Below are positions 1 through 10,718 of a stretch of DNA of 41,372 nucleotides, piece by piece (position 1 is the stretch's first letter; the number at the start of each line of letters is the position of its first letter). The stretch comes from Catajapyx aquilonaris (lineage: Eukaryota), in assembly GCA_000934665.2 (NCBI GenBank), contig JYFJ02007222.1, positions 1 to 41,372 of the forward strand, written 5' to 3'. The translations under genes were made by a program, and so were the position numbers. The notes under the pieces were generated by a model, which was not told the origin of the DNA, searched no databases, and saw only the letters and a program-made list of their open reading frames with translations.

Positions 1-154
1 GTGCACCATCAGGTGGTGCTGACTGTGAGTGTCGATTCTTTCTTAGGCCATTCTGCCTCAAGGTTTTTGTTAAATTGGTATATTTGTCGTACAGTTTGCC
101 CTTTGGCAAGCACTTTGTACCCTGACTGCTTTTTGATGCCTGGTAATATGTAGT
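1..154 (-). CDS. Exon of same gene, truncated by the window edge (TTYYQASKSSQGTKCLPKGKLYDKYTNLTKTLRQNGLRKNRHSQSAPPDGA...)
   Basis: Preceded by a 79-nt intron (233-155) ending gtttccAG, and the frame is open to base 1. The P-x-E...YY...GKLYxKYxNL...LR pattern is one I recognise from arthropod SAMD3-like uncharacterised proteins (recalled, not searched). Confidence 0.75.
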
Positions 155-233
155 CTGGAAACACACAATTGACACTTGAGCTACAATCATGAAAAATGGC
201 TGTGACAAATTGCAATAAAACAGTGTGACTAAC

Positions 234-300
234 CGGTACTTCACCCGGAAGGGCTTCCACAATCAGGTCTCTCAGCTCTAAGAACCGAGCTTGCTTGATG
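234..300 (-). CDS. Exon of same gene ((D)IKQARFLELRDLIVEALPGEVP)
   Basis: Preceded by a 70-nt intron (370-301) ending tttacAG. The phase-2 junction gives GAC (Asp). Donor GTTAGT at 233. Confidence 0.8.
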
Positions 301-370
301 CTGTAAATAAATTACATTACCTTCATAATGATCTGTCTCTAGATGAAATTTACCGACAAATTTTACTCAC

Positions 371-513
371 TCTGTGTTAACATTGGAGCCAAATTCCTCT
401 AGGATAATTATCTCTGCTAGCTTTGTCCTGTAACTTGCGCTCAGGCCTTCTTTGTTGTGGCGAGCTATGATCGCTTTCCCCTCAACACACCCCTCCAAGA
501 TTTCAGACACCCA
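371..513 (-). CDS. Exon of transposon-borne SAMD3-like/uncharacterised protein (WVSEILEGCVEGKAIIARHNKEGLSASYRTKLAEIIILEEFGSNVNT)
   Basis: Preceded by an 88-nt GT-AG intron (601-514) and followed by a GTGAGT donor at 370. The exon is 143 nt, ends in phase 2 and has no stops. Confidence 0.8.
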
Positions 514-601
514 CTATACAAACAAGCAATTTACACAATAATGAAATGGGGATTTGTTGTGCAGAGCATCAAATACATGCTATATGTTGTGAACTACATA
601 C

Positions 602-718
602 ATTGCTCCCTTTCTTCTTCTTGTTCCTATGCATCAGTTCCAAATCCTCATTGCTATCGGAGTTCTCTGACTTCTCTCCATCATTTGAATCCTCTGCTGC
701 TCGATTCACTTCTCTCTC
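602..718 (-). CDS. Exon of transposon-borne spliced gene (acidic/basic linker EREVNRAAEDSNDGEKSENSDSNEDLELMHRNKKKKGSN)
   Basis: Acceptor ttgtctgcAG at 720-719 and donor GTATGT at 601. The exon is 117 nt, phase 0 to 0, and in frame with the next exon. KKKK is a possible NLS. Confidence 0.75.
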
Positions 719-1218
719 CTGCAGACAATGAACATTAGACTGACAACAATAATCTATGATAGAGCTCTATGAGTCTACGGCCGGCCTTAAGTCGCATGGC
801 TGATTCCATGCTGCTCCGCACATGAAACAGAAAGAGGCCTGATGTACTTATTGACAGTTATCAGATTCCGCACTCTGCGGTACCGTACCCTGGCTAGCTC
901 AGATACTGGGTTCAGTAATGATACTCCGGACTGGGGATAAATCAGTGTGTATTACGATTCAGAGGTTACAGAGCCCAACCCGCACACTCCTGCTCGGGTG
1001 GCAGGCAGGGGCCGACTGGGGGAGATGGGGCGAACCCTCGGGCGAACCCCACCCCCTCCTTACAAAGGGTGGAACGCATGGTAGCCAAGTCTACACAACA
1101 GGGTTGCCACCACGCTTCTCACTCTACAAGGGAGCCAACCCTCAACAATAGGGTTGTCATACAGTGTATAGTACTGCCGTCCCAAGCTGTGGGTTATAGG
1201 ACGTAGCCTACGTTCAAC

Positions 1219-1330
1219 CAGTCTCACCAAGGGGGTAGNGGGGGGGCCTCGGAGGGCCGCACTTCTAGGGGGCCGGTGTACACTTTTTGGAGGAGTGACT
1301 ACCCCGGACTACCCCCTTGAGTCTCACACT
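1219..1330. mobile_element. Small G/C-tract inverted-repeat element (MITE-like) inside the intron
   Basis: CAAGGGGGTAG (1228-1238) and CTACCCCCTTG (1309-1319) form an inverted pair, with an internal GACTACCCC tandem. An N sits at 1239 and no TSD is evident. Confidence 0.4.
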
Positions 1331-1395
1331 CTCCTATAGGCCCTAGCTAACAATAATAGGCAGGACATCATGCAGATACACTCGGATATACTCAC

Positions 1396-1410
1396 GCGGG
1401 TACTCTCCAT
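1396..1410 (-). CDS. Candidate first coding exon (MESTR) of the transposon gene
   Basis: gccgcaATGGAGAGTACCCGC|GTGAGT has a strong donor in phase 0, compatible with the 718-602 exon. The start is uncertain and extra exons between 719 and 1395 cannot be excluded. Confidence 0.4.
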
Positions 1411-4198
1411 TGCGGCTTCCACGTGCGGCTTCAGCCAAACCAAACCGTCGCGTCGTGCGACCGGATGCCGGTTGAGCCCTCTACACGCCGGATCAGGAAA
1501 TATCCCCTTGACGTTGCCACATCTCTCGTGGGAGAGCTTGTATATACCCGCGACATTGGCTGCTATACTACCGGGTTGCTCTCACTGCGTGGAAGTTAGT
1601 ATTCTGATGATCACTTGCATATATTTCAGAATGATAACCAAGTTGTAGAGATGAAATAGATGCAAAAATTTCCAATTCCGTTTGATTTGACAACGCCGCC
1701 TGCATTCGTAGCATTCGGGGGATGGAGGGTGGTGTGGTCAGGAGAGGTGGGGGCTATAGATGTGTCAATCCGCGCGCATGCGCAGTTCCTATCGTTGTAG
1801 GAACCGGTTGCCGGTTGGCATTGCAACGAGAACATATGGCTGCAGCAACCAAACGGTCCAGACAGTTGTTTACTAGCGGTAATAGTTGTGGCAACCAAAC
1901 CAGGATCGCTGTCTTTACCAAATTATGGGTTGACACAACAAGCGGTTTAGTTCACACAACTAAATCGGCCTCAACTAATTGTGGTTGGTTGTAGCAACCG
2001 ACTTAGTTTTTTCAGTGTATACACCTTGGTATACACTTGTTAAAAATTCAGTGCGGATTTGAGAAAATCCACATTTTAAAGACCTCGTCCCATCAATTAC
2101 CGGTACCCTATTAGTTAACACCTCCTCCTAATTATCCTAATTAAGCCTTAACGATCCCCGGGCCAGGTAATAAGGACATTGTCACGTGTCATTTGCTATC
2201 GTAAAACGGGGGGGTCCAATGGTCTCTCCTTCAGATAAGAGGCCGCCTGAAGGACTGCCAGATCTCATAATCTCATCCGCTTCGGGACTGTTTGTAATTA
2301 GCCATTGTAGTCCGAGTGCTGTGGTTGAACTGAGCTACTTGTTGCGAATAGTTTTTGGTGTGTTGTTGTGCGGTTGAATCGGACCCCCTGGAAAACTGGT
2401 GGCGAAAAAAAAAAGTGAAGTGTTGACCGTGGATTCCGGTTGGATTATTAGCTAAGAGCCCTTTGTTTGCAGCCAGGACGTGAAGCAGTGTTTATGTTTC
2501 AGTTGATAATAATTGCGCGGAACGGACTGATCGGTAAACAGTAATAAATATTTGATGAGGTTGCACTTGGGTCGTGTTGCGCTTCGGCCATTGTACGCTT
2601 GTTGTTTAGCGTAATTGAGGAGCGTGTTTGGCGTAATTGGGGTGTCGCGGTCCGGTTATTGTCTCTTGAATGCGTGAAATGCAGAACGATCACAGTCGCA
2701 TTTTGTATAATATTTCGCGTAATCTGAACAGTTCTCTGTAAAGAATAATGTTTGAGAAAAAAGGGTTAAATTGTCGAAATCATTTCAACAATGTCGTTCT
2801 GTATTTTTCCTGCGTTCTACCGCGTTCTCCACTGTCTTGGATTGTGACTTGCCCATAGAGCTACGTTTAAGGCTTGTGCAAATGTGTTAATCTTATCGCT
2901 ATTAGGATATTTGCTGTCATTGTCAGCACATGATTGGAATTGTATACTCGAGAGTTGCACAACTTGAAGGCTAGTAAAAGTGTGTACAACTGCGACTGAT
3001 GTGTACTTAAGGCCGTTTAACTTTTCACGTGCCGCGCCGCGCAGCTTTGCCCTCGGCTTGAAAAAGAAATCCAATTTTTGTCTATTGGAGTTGCTCGCCA
3101 ATATTCCATAAAACGGATATGCTGTACAGTATATATTTTTATAATACTAACAAGGCTATGGTTAAGTGAAAGTTATTCTAAAACTTTCTCCAGGTTATCT
3201 CCAGGTCCAGCCTTTACAAGTTTTGTTCGTTCAAATCCCCTCCAGGGCATCGTTGCAGATGGCGTATGCGCACACTGGCTGGCACACTGCATAATAATTT
3301 AATAAGAAAATATCGGCTAACTCAAAAAAACCTAGTATGTACAGTACATGCACTGTAGGTTAATAAGAGTTTCTTATGAAAAGGTTGAGGTTGTAGATAT
3401 TATGTTCCTATTATGTTCCCCCGAGAAAAAACTAGATTCTCTGCTGCATAATGCGAAACCCGACTAATCTCGCTGGAGACTATGCAGCCTGAGTTGACAT
3501 CATGTTGAAAGTTCACCGCCGCACACGAAGGGTTACAAGGCTGCTGGTCATTACAGGATGCAGAAGTGTCAACACGCATTTTTGTCGAGAGGAGACTAAC
3601 CTCGGAAGCGACATGGCCAACATTTTAGTGCCGCCATTTGGGCTGGGGTAAGCACCCGGTTGCGGTGCCATAATGCGAGTCTGTCTAGTTACCTGCATCA
3701 TATGCAGTCAGTGGCCATCACATGCTTGAGCATCCATGCAGGTCACAGTATGTCAAGCGACGGGTCGTAAAAATCTGTGCAATTTTGACGCCAGATATTT
3801 GCGGAAGAGTAATGTGTTACAATCATGTAACATTTTTTGGGGGGTGAAATGGGCAAGGTCCCCAGGTGATGACTGGCAGAGCGGATACGCCCACGGGCCA
3901 CACCTTATAATAGCACCTATAGAGACCATTTTTTAAAAGCGACACCCCCCAACCTGTCACGCCCTATTTTTATGCCAATGACATGGTTTTTTTACTAGTC
4001 CAAACAACGATAGGAAGGGTCAAACAAATCGCTGAATTACACTGACAGCCTGTACGGTACAAGCAGGAGGATTAGGTGTACTGCATCGGGGAAAAAAATT
4101 ACTGGCCAAAATAGGCTATTTCAATATGCAATTATGCAATATCGATTTTTAATATAGAAATCATTACAATAAGCCAGTGTTTACACTGATGTTATTAA

Positions 4199-4236
4199 CC
4201 CAGATATGCCTAGCGTCCTACATACAGGACACTTGT
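4199..4236 (+). mobile_element. piggyBac-like terminal sequence
   Basis: TTAA (4195-4198) is followed by CCCAGATATGCCTAGCGTCCTACATACAGGACACTTGT. A related inverted copy lies at 10682-10718. A weaker possible right end (GACAAAGCTGGG-CTAA) ends at 4341. Confidence 0.5.
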
Positions 4237-4949
4237 CCAAATGTTACATTCTTAGTGATTGTGTCAGTTTCTCATTTGTTCAAAAAATGATTCAAAAAAT
4301 GTAAAAAAAAATGTAACAAAAAAAATTCGGACAAAGCTGGGCTAACCAGTTCTTATATTCTAGTACCACTATCCGCTTTCATGGCTTTGAGACTAGACCC
4401 ACTTGGCCTAATGTAACCGACTACTTTCGCCTCATTTTGACTCGCAACCCTTGCCACTTGTAGCGTTTTAGGCTCAATTTGACTAGAGCTGGTTCCCGGT
4501 TTTAAAGGACCGAGAGCCTGATTAGAGTGCGACCAGCAGCAAAATAAAGGCTGGCGGAGAGCTGGCTAACGACGGATTCTTCTTTCTTCACAGCCAATCC
4601 TCTTTCTTTCCGTGGGGTGATGCTGGTGCTAACTTGTAAGCCCTTCGCGAATTAAGTCGCGAATTCTGGAGATAGTAGTGCTATCCACTCCAAGGGCAAG
4701 GAGAGGTGAGGTGAGAGAGAGAGGATGAGGCTCAGCCAATTCAGACCAAATCGATGGGAAGCCCAAACTTTCCGAGCAAGGGAATAAAACGATGGGAAGG
4801 GAAGACTTCGATAGGAGAGGGTAAGGTCTCGTGCGAATTTGCAGATATATATTGTCGCTTGCGGAAATGACGGCAGCAGGTTCTCGGTGAAGAAGAAAGT
4901 TGGAAGCTTTTTTGCGGAAAAAAGCTGGGCACGTAAAATGTTGCATAGA

Positions 4950-5390
4950 AATATAAATTGTTTCAGGTTATGACTTCATACTGTAAAGGATGGTTTAGTC
5001 ATTTTATTTTTATTTTTTAAACATTTCGATTAAGCAATAGAATTGTAACAATAAATTTTAAATGAAATTATCTTTATTGAGTTTAATTAAATTGCTGTAT
5101 AATTTAATTTTCCTTTCATTTCATCCAATAATTTTATTTTAATGTTATTCGCTTGTACATTTCATTCCAATTTAATATTATTTTCTTTATACACGAACTT
5201 CATTGTTTTATTTATTATGAGATTTACATCATTTAATTCCATTTAATAATATATTTTGTTAATGCAATTTATTTTATTTTATTGCATTATAACTATTATA
5301 GGCATATCGTACGATAGTCTGTTATGATATTTTTATTCATTATTTATTAGAATAAAAATGATAGAAGACCTTATCTTAATTATTTTGAAC
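4950..5390. repeat. Very AT-rich low-complexity block
   Basis: Abrupt shift to T/A-dominated sequence relative to both flanks, with no periodic unit. Confidence 0.7.
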
Positions 5391-5450
5391 GTGAACTTGA
5401 ATGGTGGCCTGGTGGGTTATTAGTTAACTAACCGACTCCCTGAGTGCCTG

Positions 5451-6784
5451 TCAAAAGTAGTCAGAACAGAAGAGATCCGCCTTATTTGTAGATGCAATTT
5501 TGTGTCGCCAGGTACGACCCTGGCAGAGCAAACCGTCGACGTCACCCACCAACACTGTATAATTGTTGACACGAGCGAGATTAATTGCAGGTGCTCCGAA
5601 CTGCGGTGACGTTTGTCCATCCATGCTTAAATAATACGTGTCCTGGGGCCGCTTGCAGCCATCCATCTCCATGCTGTTGTAGACACAAGTTTGTATACAG
5701 GGTGCTCCAACAAGAAGACTGCTTACTTGAATCCGGTTTTCCAGCATCTCATTGGAGCACCCTGTACCTATGCCAACAGACGTGAAAGATGCTTTCTGTT
5801 TGCTCCCAAGATCTTCATCCAGCCAGGGCGAGTTTTCCCCTAATTTGCGTGATTGGATTACTCTGGCCGGCATGCCTTCAAGTATTGTGGAATTTCCCCT
5901 TGCCTTTAAAGTTGCTTTTGTAATTGGATTTAGAGCCTGAGTCGGACAGCATCAAGATTTAGATCGGGTTATCTCTCAGAGTGTAAACCATGCAATCAGG
6001 AGTGGGTCTGGCCCTCTCATGTTACTCGTCACGCACTGGTGCTGGGGGATGCACTGCATGCAACAAGAGGCTGGATGTCATCAAAGCACGCCACGACACT
6101 CGTCCCCAACAATGCTCCGGTTCTACAAAAGATATTGCGATTTCCAGCATCTACTCGACAGCTAACATGCAGGAGGAGATTTTTGTGCTATTTTTTCGCA
6201 AAAAGGTTTGGCTAAATTTAACGTTCCCAGAGCTGCGTTTCAGAATTGCATTATTTAAGTGGGCATGAGAGGTGGTCCTTCTGTGCCAGAGCAGAGCAAT
6301 CTGGGCCTGGGATGGTATAGGCTGTGCTGAAACTGCGTCTCTTGTGGTTGGGACGTTGCTTGGATCTAAGGGCAAGTTAGGCTGCCGTGTGGCTTTTCCA
6401 AGGAGGAGAAATGGAGGGATGTGAAGCCAAAGGGATGCTTCAAGTCTGTCTATGCTGCATTTAAACGTTATAATATTCAAACAATGTGTGACAGAAATTT
6501 CGGAAAATGCGTGACTTTCTGACAAGCCACCAGACTTCAACTTCTAAGCAACTTTCTAAGGAAAATCAATATTACTGTAGTTCTCCCATACTCTTATCAA
6601 CTTTGTCATCGAAACTATCAATTTTTTTTGCATACGTTATAAAGAGCCAATTATGCTGTTTCGACTCCTTGCGATTGGGAAAATTTTCATCTGAAAAGTT
6701 CTGAAGCGACAAAATCCGGTCGCCTATTAGGAAACTTGTCACTTGAGCAGAAGATGGCACAAAGAAGGTGCTGGTGAATGACAT
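5451..6784 (-). pseudogene. Decayed non-LTR retrotransposon ORF2 (RT C-terminal half followed by RNase H-like domain)
   Basis: Degenerate motifs occur in the expected order on the minus strand: TSFLIGDR...WLFITYAKKI...FDDKV...ELQ (6784-6572), LLWHRRTTSHAHLNNAILKRS (~6300-6230), and DLGSKQKASFTSVGIG/I...AINLA...VLVGDVD (5820-5530), like the TDGSK...VGxGI...AI..AL...SDS of LINE RNase H. Catalytic motifs are eroded and stops and frameshifts are present. By-eye comparison only. Confidence 0.5.
5698..5764. mobile_element. 67-bp Tc1/mariner-type MITE
   Basis: TA-CAGGGTGCTCCAA ... TTGGAGCACCCTG-TA: perfect 13-bp TIR with TA duplication. Confidence 0.85.
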
Positions 6785-7098
6785 GATTAGCGTGTCATGG
6801 GGAAACTTTGCTGGAGGGAGGCAAATGAAATTTGGTTTGGCGCCGGCGCCACTCCCTCACCGCCACCCTCCCTCCCCCACCTCCCTGACCCTCCCTCCGC
6901 CCCCGCTTCGACAATCCTCCAGCAGATTCTCTCCGGGCCTGGAAGTCTCCAGTGGTCATTTCAAGCCGGTACACACACACACACGTGCTTAGTGACATGT
7001 GCTCGTGAAATCAGTGAATGTGTTTTTTTTCTTCATTTTTTATATATATTTAAAAAATAATGTAGAGCAGTACATTTCAAAAAGCCAGCTTTTAAGTA

Positions 7099-7134
7099 CA
7101 GGGTGAATCAGAAGGTTCCTGCTGACTCACCTTG
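7099..7134. mobile_element. 36-bp Tc1/mariner-type mini-element
   Basis: TA-CAGGGTGAATCAG-aaggttcctg-CTGACTCACCTTG-TA: 11/13 TIR match with TA on both sides. Confidence 0.65.
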
Positions 7135-7443
7135 TACATAATTACAGGCATTTTACTGTTACATTACTGCTCAGTACTATTTTATAGCGTAAAAGGCGGC
7201 GCATGTTCTGGGTTACCGAACCACTTATTTCCGAGACTCCGAGTACGCATGCGGTACTACGCGTATGACATCGAGTCACAATCCAAGTGTGGGGACCAGT
7301 GCGCGGTACAACGAGATAACTTTTTGAATACTGCTCCAGAAGCTGGTGGCGATCAATAAGAACCAGCCCTCTCACGAAAAGGAGGTGCCTTCCCATCCCC
7401 TCAACTTCCCCCCAAAAATTAGGCCCCGTTTCATCCTCAAACA

Positions 7444-7616
7444 ATGGCCAATTTGAGCGACCTGAAGATGAACCGAACAATGGTGGGTCCTTCTTCGGCC
7501 TCATTCGGAAGCACCGGCAGCAGCGGCCAGATACCACAGGGCATGCCTCCAAAGCTGAAGAAATATGAGCTGAGAAGCTCCAGCTTCGAGGGAGCAGCAG
7601 CCCCTTGGACATCACG
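7444..7616 (+). CDS. Candidate (alternative first) coding exon of an unidentified host gene: MANLSDLKMNRTMVGPSSASFGSTGSSGQIPQGMPPKLKKYELRSSSFEGAAAPWTS(R)
   Basis: acaATGG start context, locally GC-rich codon-like sequence, an in-frame TAG upstream, and an end at CG|GTAAGC (phase 2). No family recognised. Confidence 0.45.
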
Positions 7617-7814
7617 GTAAGCCTTGGAGTGATATTGGCCGCCGATATTGGTCGTTACAGCATTATCAAACGGCCGTTGCCTGATTGGGTTATAGGCCAC
7701 TTTAGACTCGGGCCCGGTCCTTAATTGCAATGGAAGCCATGAAAACCCGGCTAACGATTGATTTATAGGAATCCGGCCCTTTTGAGCCCACAGGTGTGTG
7801 AACCTCAAAAAGAA

Positions 7815-7866
7815 CAGGGTGTGCTAATTGCATAAAATTATACGTACAGGTTGATGACACACCCTG
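7815..7866. mobile_element. 52-bp Tc1/mariner-type mini-element
   Basis: CAGGGTGTG ... CACACCCTG-TA: 9-bp perfect TIR. The left flank is AA rather than TA. Confidence 0.55.
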
Positions 7867-8829
7867 TACTGAGGGCAATACCAGCATTAGATTTAATTAA
7901 AACTCATGCACTGGGAGAGCAATCACTCTTCAGTGTGTCGCATCTGGACCCTTTCCTATTATGGGATTGCACACACACAGGATTTTGTGAACTGATCGGG
8001 AACATTAGCTCAGTTTTGTAAAAAAAATGGTTTTTTTTCCGTTTTATCTGGGACATGGCTTTTAGAGTAAATCCATATACATGCTTTGCTGTGATTCCCG
8101 TGGGAAGGTGAAGAGGGGGAAAAAATAGTATTTTGGGAAAGGTTTCTCCATCGGTTACTTCAACTTAAGGATTCTTTATGGTTATTTCCGATTCCGACAT
8201 TGTGCAATTTCTGGAAAGGAGGAGCGCAAACTACCTTTTGCGTTCCATTTGTGGGACGTTTTCCGGTGACAATATTCCCAAGGCGATATCATGGAACATT
8301 CTGTAAACTCGACTATAAATACAGGGTGTTCCAATCAAAACGTTCTTATTGGTGAGATATTTTTGCAATAAGCATAACGTGTCAATTTTAAAACAAATTT
8401 GTGCCAGACTAATATTAAATCTGTGCCATATTGTAAAGTATTTTTGGACTAATTAATTGGGTATTTCACCTGAGGACATGCTTTGCTTCCACCGATTTCT
8501 TCCACTGATCAGTATAAACAATATTTAAAATCCCTCTTCAAAGAGATTGCGAATCTCTTTGTGAGAATTATGAACAGTGCTACAGTCTGTACAGTACATT
8601 GTTACGTCGCATCGCAAACGAACTGAAACCCTAATTACATTTTCTATTGATTGACCTTGGCAATGAGTGACGCACCTGCGTTTAAAACTTGAAGTCCTCA
8701 TGAATAAAGTGTCCAGTCCGCAACACTGTACAATATCCACTTGACTGAACAACAAAATGTAATGAAAAATTTGGCATCGGGAATATTCGCTGAAAGCACA
8801 GACCCTTGTTTATCCCCCACACCGTATCC

Positions 8830-9030
8830 CAGGAATTTATTTCACCTCAACTAAATGAACTTGTGAGTTAAAGTCATTTCCATGAAGCTATAGTTGTGCA
8901 GGCGACCCACCATGAGACAGTGGAAAAATCCAGGTTGACGATGCAGAAAAGCAAACTAATTACAGGCTGCTAAGCTTCAAAAGCACGCGTCGCCTGCTGG
9001 ACACTGACTTGAATGCCTAACGTTACTCGG
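8830..9030 (+). pseudogene. Decayed non-LTR RT N-terminal fragment
   Basis: EFISPQLNELVS*S ... QWK ... KQTNYRLLSFKSTRRLLDTDLNA across frames resembles the conserved I.PPL..LFN.S...WK...NYRPISLLS...KLLE block. Confidence 0.4.
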
Positions 9031-10399
9031 GTTGTAAATTCATTCGGAATGCCTTTTGATAACAAGCGAGTCTCTCTGCTGGATGGAATGTATTATAAGG
9101 GAAAGGGGCTCTCTCTAAAGTGGGTGCTGATGCCAACCCACAGACATTTTACAAGCCCCAGATAAGGAGAATTCCTCACTGGGAAGTGTTATTAAGGAGG
9201 GAATTACACCAGGATGGGGTGCACCTGGAATTCCAAACGGATTTCTGTCAAAGGAAGATTGAATCGTGACTGTTAAAAAAAAATTGAGTCGGATGTACTG
9301 AGATGCTGAAGTAATCAAACATATGTATCAAACGCAAATATTTAAAAAAGTGTCATGTGCCAAAAAGGTGCAAAATCAAATTTCAAGCCACATATTGCAA
9401 TTCAGAGACGTGTTACTTTTAATTCGAACGAACTAAAGCAGGTTTTAGAATGTAAGCTAGGTAGTCCTTGTACAACGTTAGCAAAGACTTTTACAACTGG
9501 TTAATTGGAAAAGTTGTGCAGGTAATGCGAAGAATGCTGAAGGAGCATTGGTAAAAATGTGCTTGAAGTTTATGAATTGCATTGAGTGATTTTCTGCTCA
9601 GTATAAGTGGATTACAGCCTTTCCACATTTTTAGCATTCATTCCTTTATAACAAAAGTTTTCCTATTTACTTTTTCAATCTGTCAATTGTTAAAGTAATG
9701 CAACATTTAGTAACACCAAGAGTGGTAACACGTGCACTGAGTCAATTAAATGAAATTCAAAATCATTGACACTTTCAGCGGAAAACATTGATAAATGTAG
9801 CCTACTCAGACTCTATTCAGAAAACAAAAAAATACTTCATTTTCATACGATCAACAGGATGGTTTAGAAATATGGCAAATCTGCAATTTTTCTGGAAATC
9901 TGACTCTAGATCAGGTGCACGTAAAATAGTAAGTCTAACATAATTTGTACCAAAATCTTTCATCATTTCTTCGCTCGATACAGAGAACGTACTAATATAT
10001 TCTCAAATCAGTCCTGAACTTTTGACTCCAAACTTCTAATGTATAACATTGCATTGACTGGCATTCAAAAGGTTCAGGCTATATTGAATTTCACTCCAAT
10101 GCAAAAATCTAGCAATACAGTACCTCAGTAAACTTGCCTGTAATTCCTGCAGATCGAAATATTTGCCCTCGTGCTGTTGACAAATTGGTCTGAGTCTTGA
10201 ACACGAATCGTAATCAATCGGTCGCAAGCAGGTGTCACTAGCAACTGCTGTCCACATAAAGAAGATGGAACGATTCCAGAGCCTAGCATTTCATACAGAC
10301 CCTGCGTTAAATGGCTTAATTGATAACGCCTTCCCCATTGTAGCCCCCCGCCCTCTGTTCCGAAATCGGGATGAATGGCCCCCTGGCACCCATTTGCAT

Positions 10400-10598
10400 A
10401 TCTCTGATGCTCCAAACCGCTTTGCGTTCCGATCTCGGTCCTCTCTATAGCTCCAGTGGAAATCATTGATGACATTATGCGTGTATACGCACAATGCCCT
10501 CGTTCACTGTACGCGCTCGTGGTGTACACTACACCATACCGCAGCAATGGAGCCTGACATTTTAAGCACATTAATTTTAGAGTCTTTGCGCCATACAA
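10400..10598 (-). pseudogene. Decayed non-LTR ORF2 post-RT fragment
   Basis: YGAKTLKLMCLKCQAPLLRYGVVY...RIMSSMISTGAIERT resembles the 'TLK.LY...RP.L.YG..VW ... R.ITGA.RTT' region of LINE ORF2. Confidence 0.4.
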
Positions 10599-10681
10599 TG
10601 CATACGCTCATATATATTTCATGAATGTTACATAACCTTCGTGAATCCGTTTCAAAATACGATACAGTGTGTGCCAAATGC

Positions 10682-10718
10682 ACAAGTGTCCTATATGTAG
10701 GACACTATAAGCATATCT
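10682..10718 (-). mobile_element. Inverted copy of the piggyBac-like terminal sequence (outer GGG-TTAA lost)
   Basis: Its reverse complement AGATATGCTTATAGTGTCCTACATATAGGACACTTGT aligns to 4202-4236 with 3 substitutions and a 2-nt indel. Confidence 0.5.

Larger units (their letters stand above)
1..2017 (-). mobile_element. Terminal part of a CACTA/EnSpm (CMC)-like DNA transposon; the other end lies outside the window
   Basis: The minus strand from 2017 reads CACTGAAAAAACTAAGTCGGTTGCTACAACC and is flanked by TA (2018-2019). Near-palindromic RGTTG-NNN-CAACY subterminal motifs cluster at 1838-1850, 1884-1896, 1928-1940, 1949-1961 and 1987-1999. A spliced gene points inward from this end. The TSD cannot be confirmed without the second end. 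Confidence 0.7.

Noticed and set aside
9..260. 83-aa ORF from the track taken as the gene product
   Set aside because: It reads through an intron and into the wrong frame. The spliced model using the acceptor at 155 gives the conserved-looking frame.
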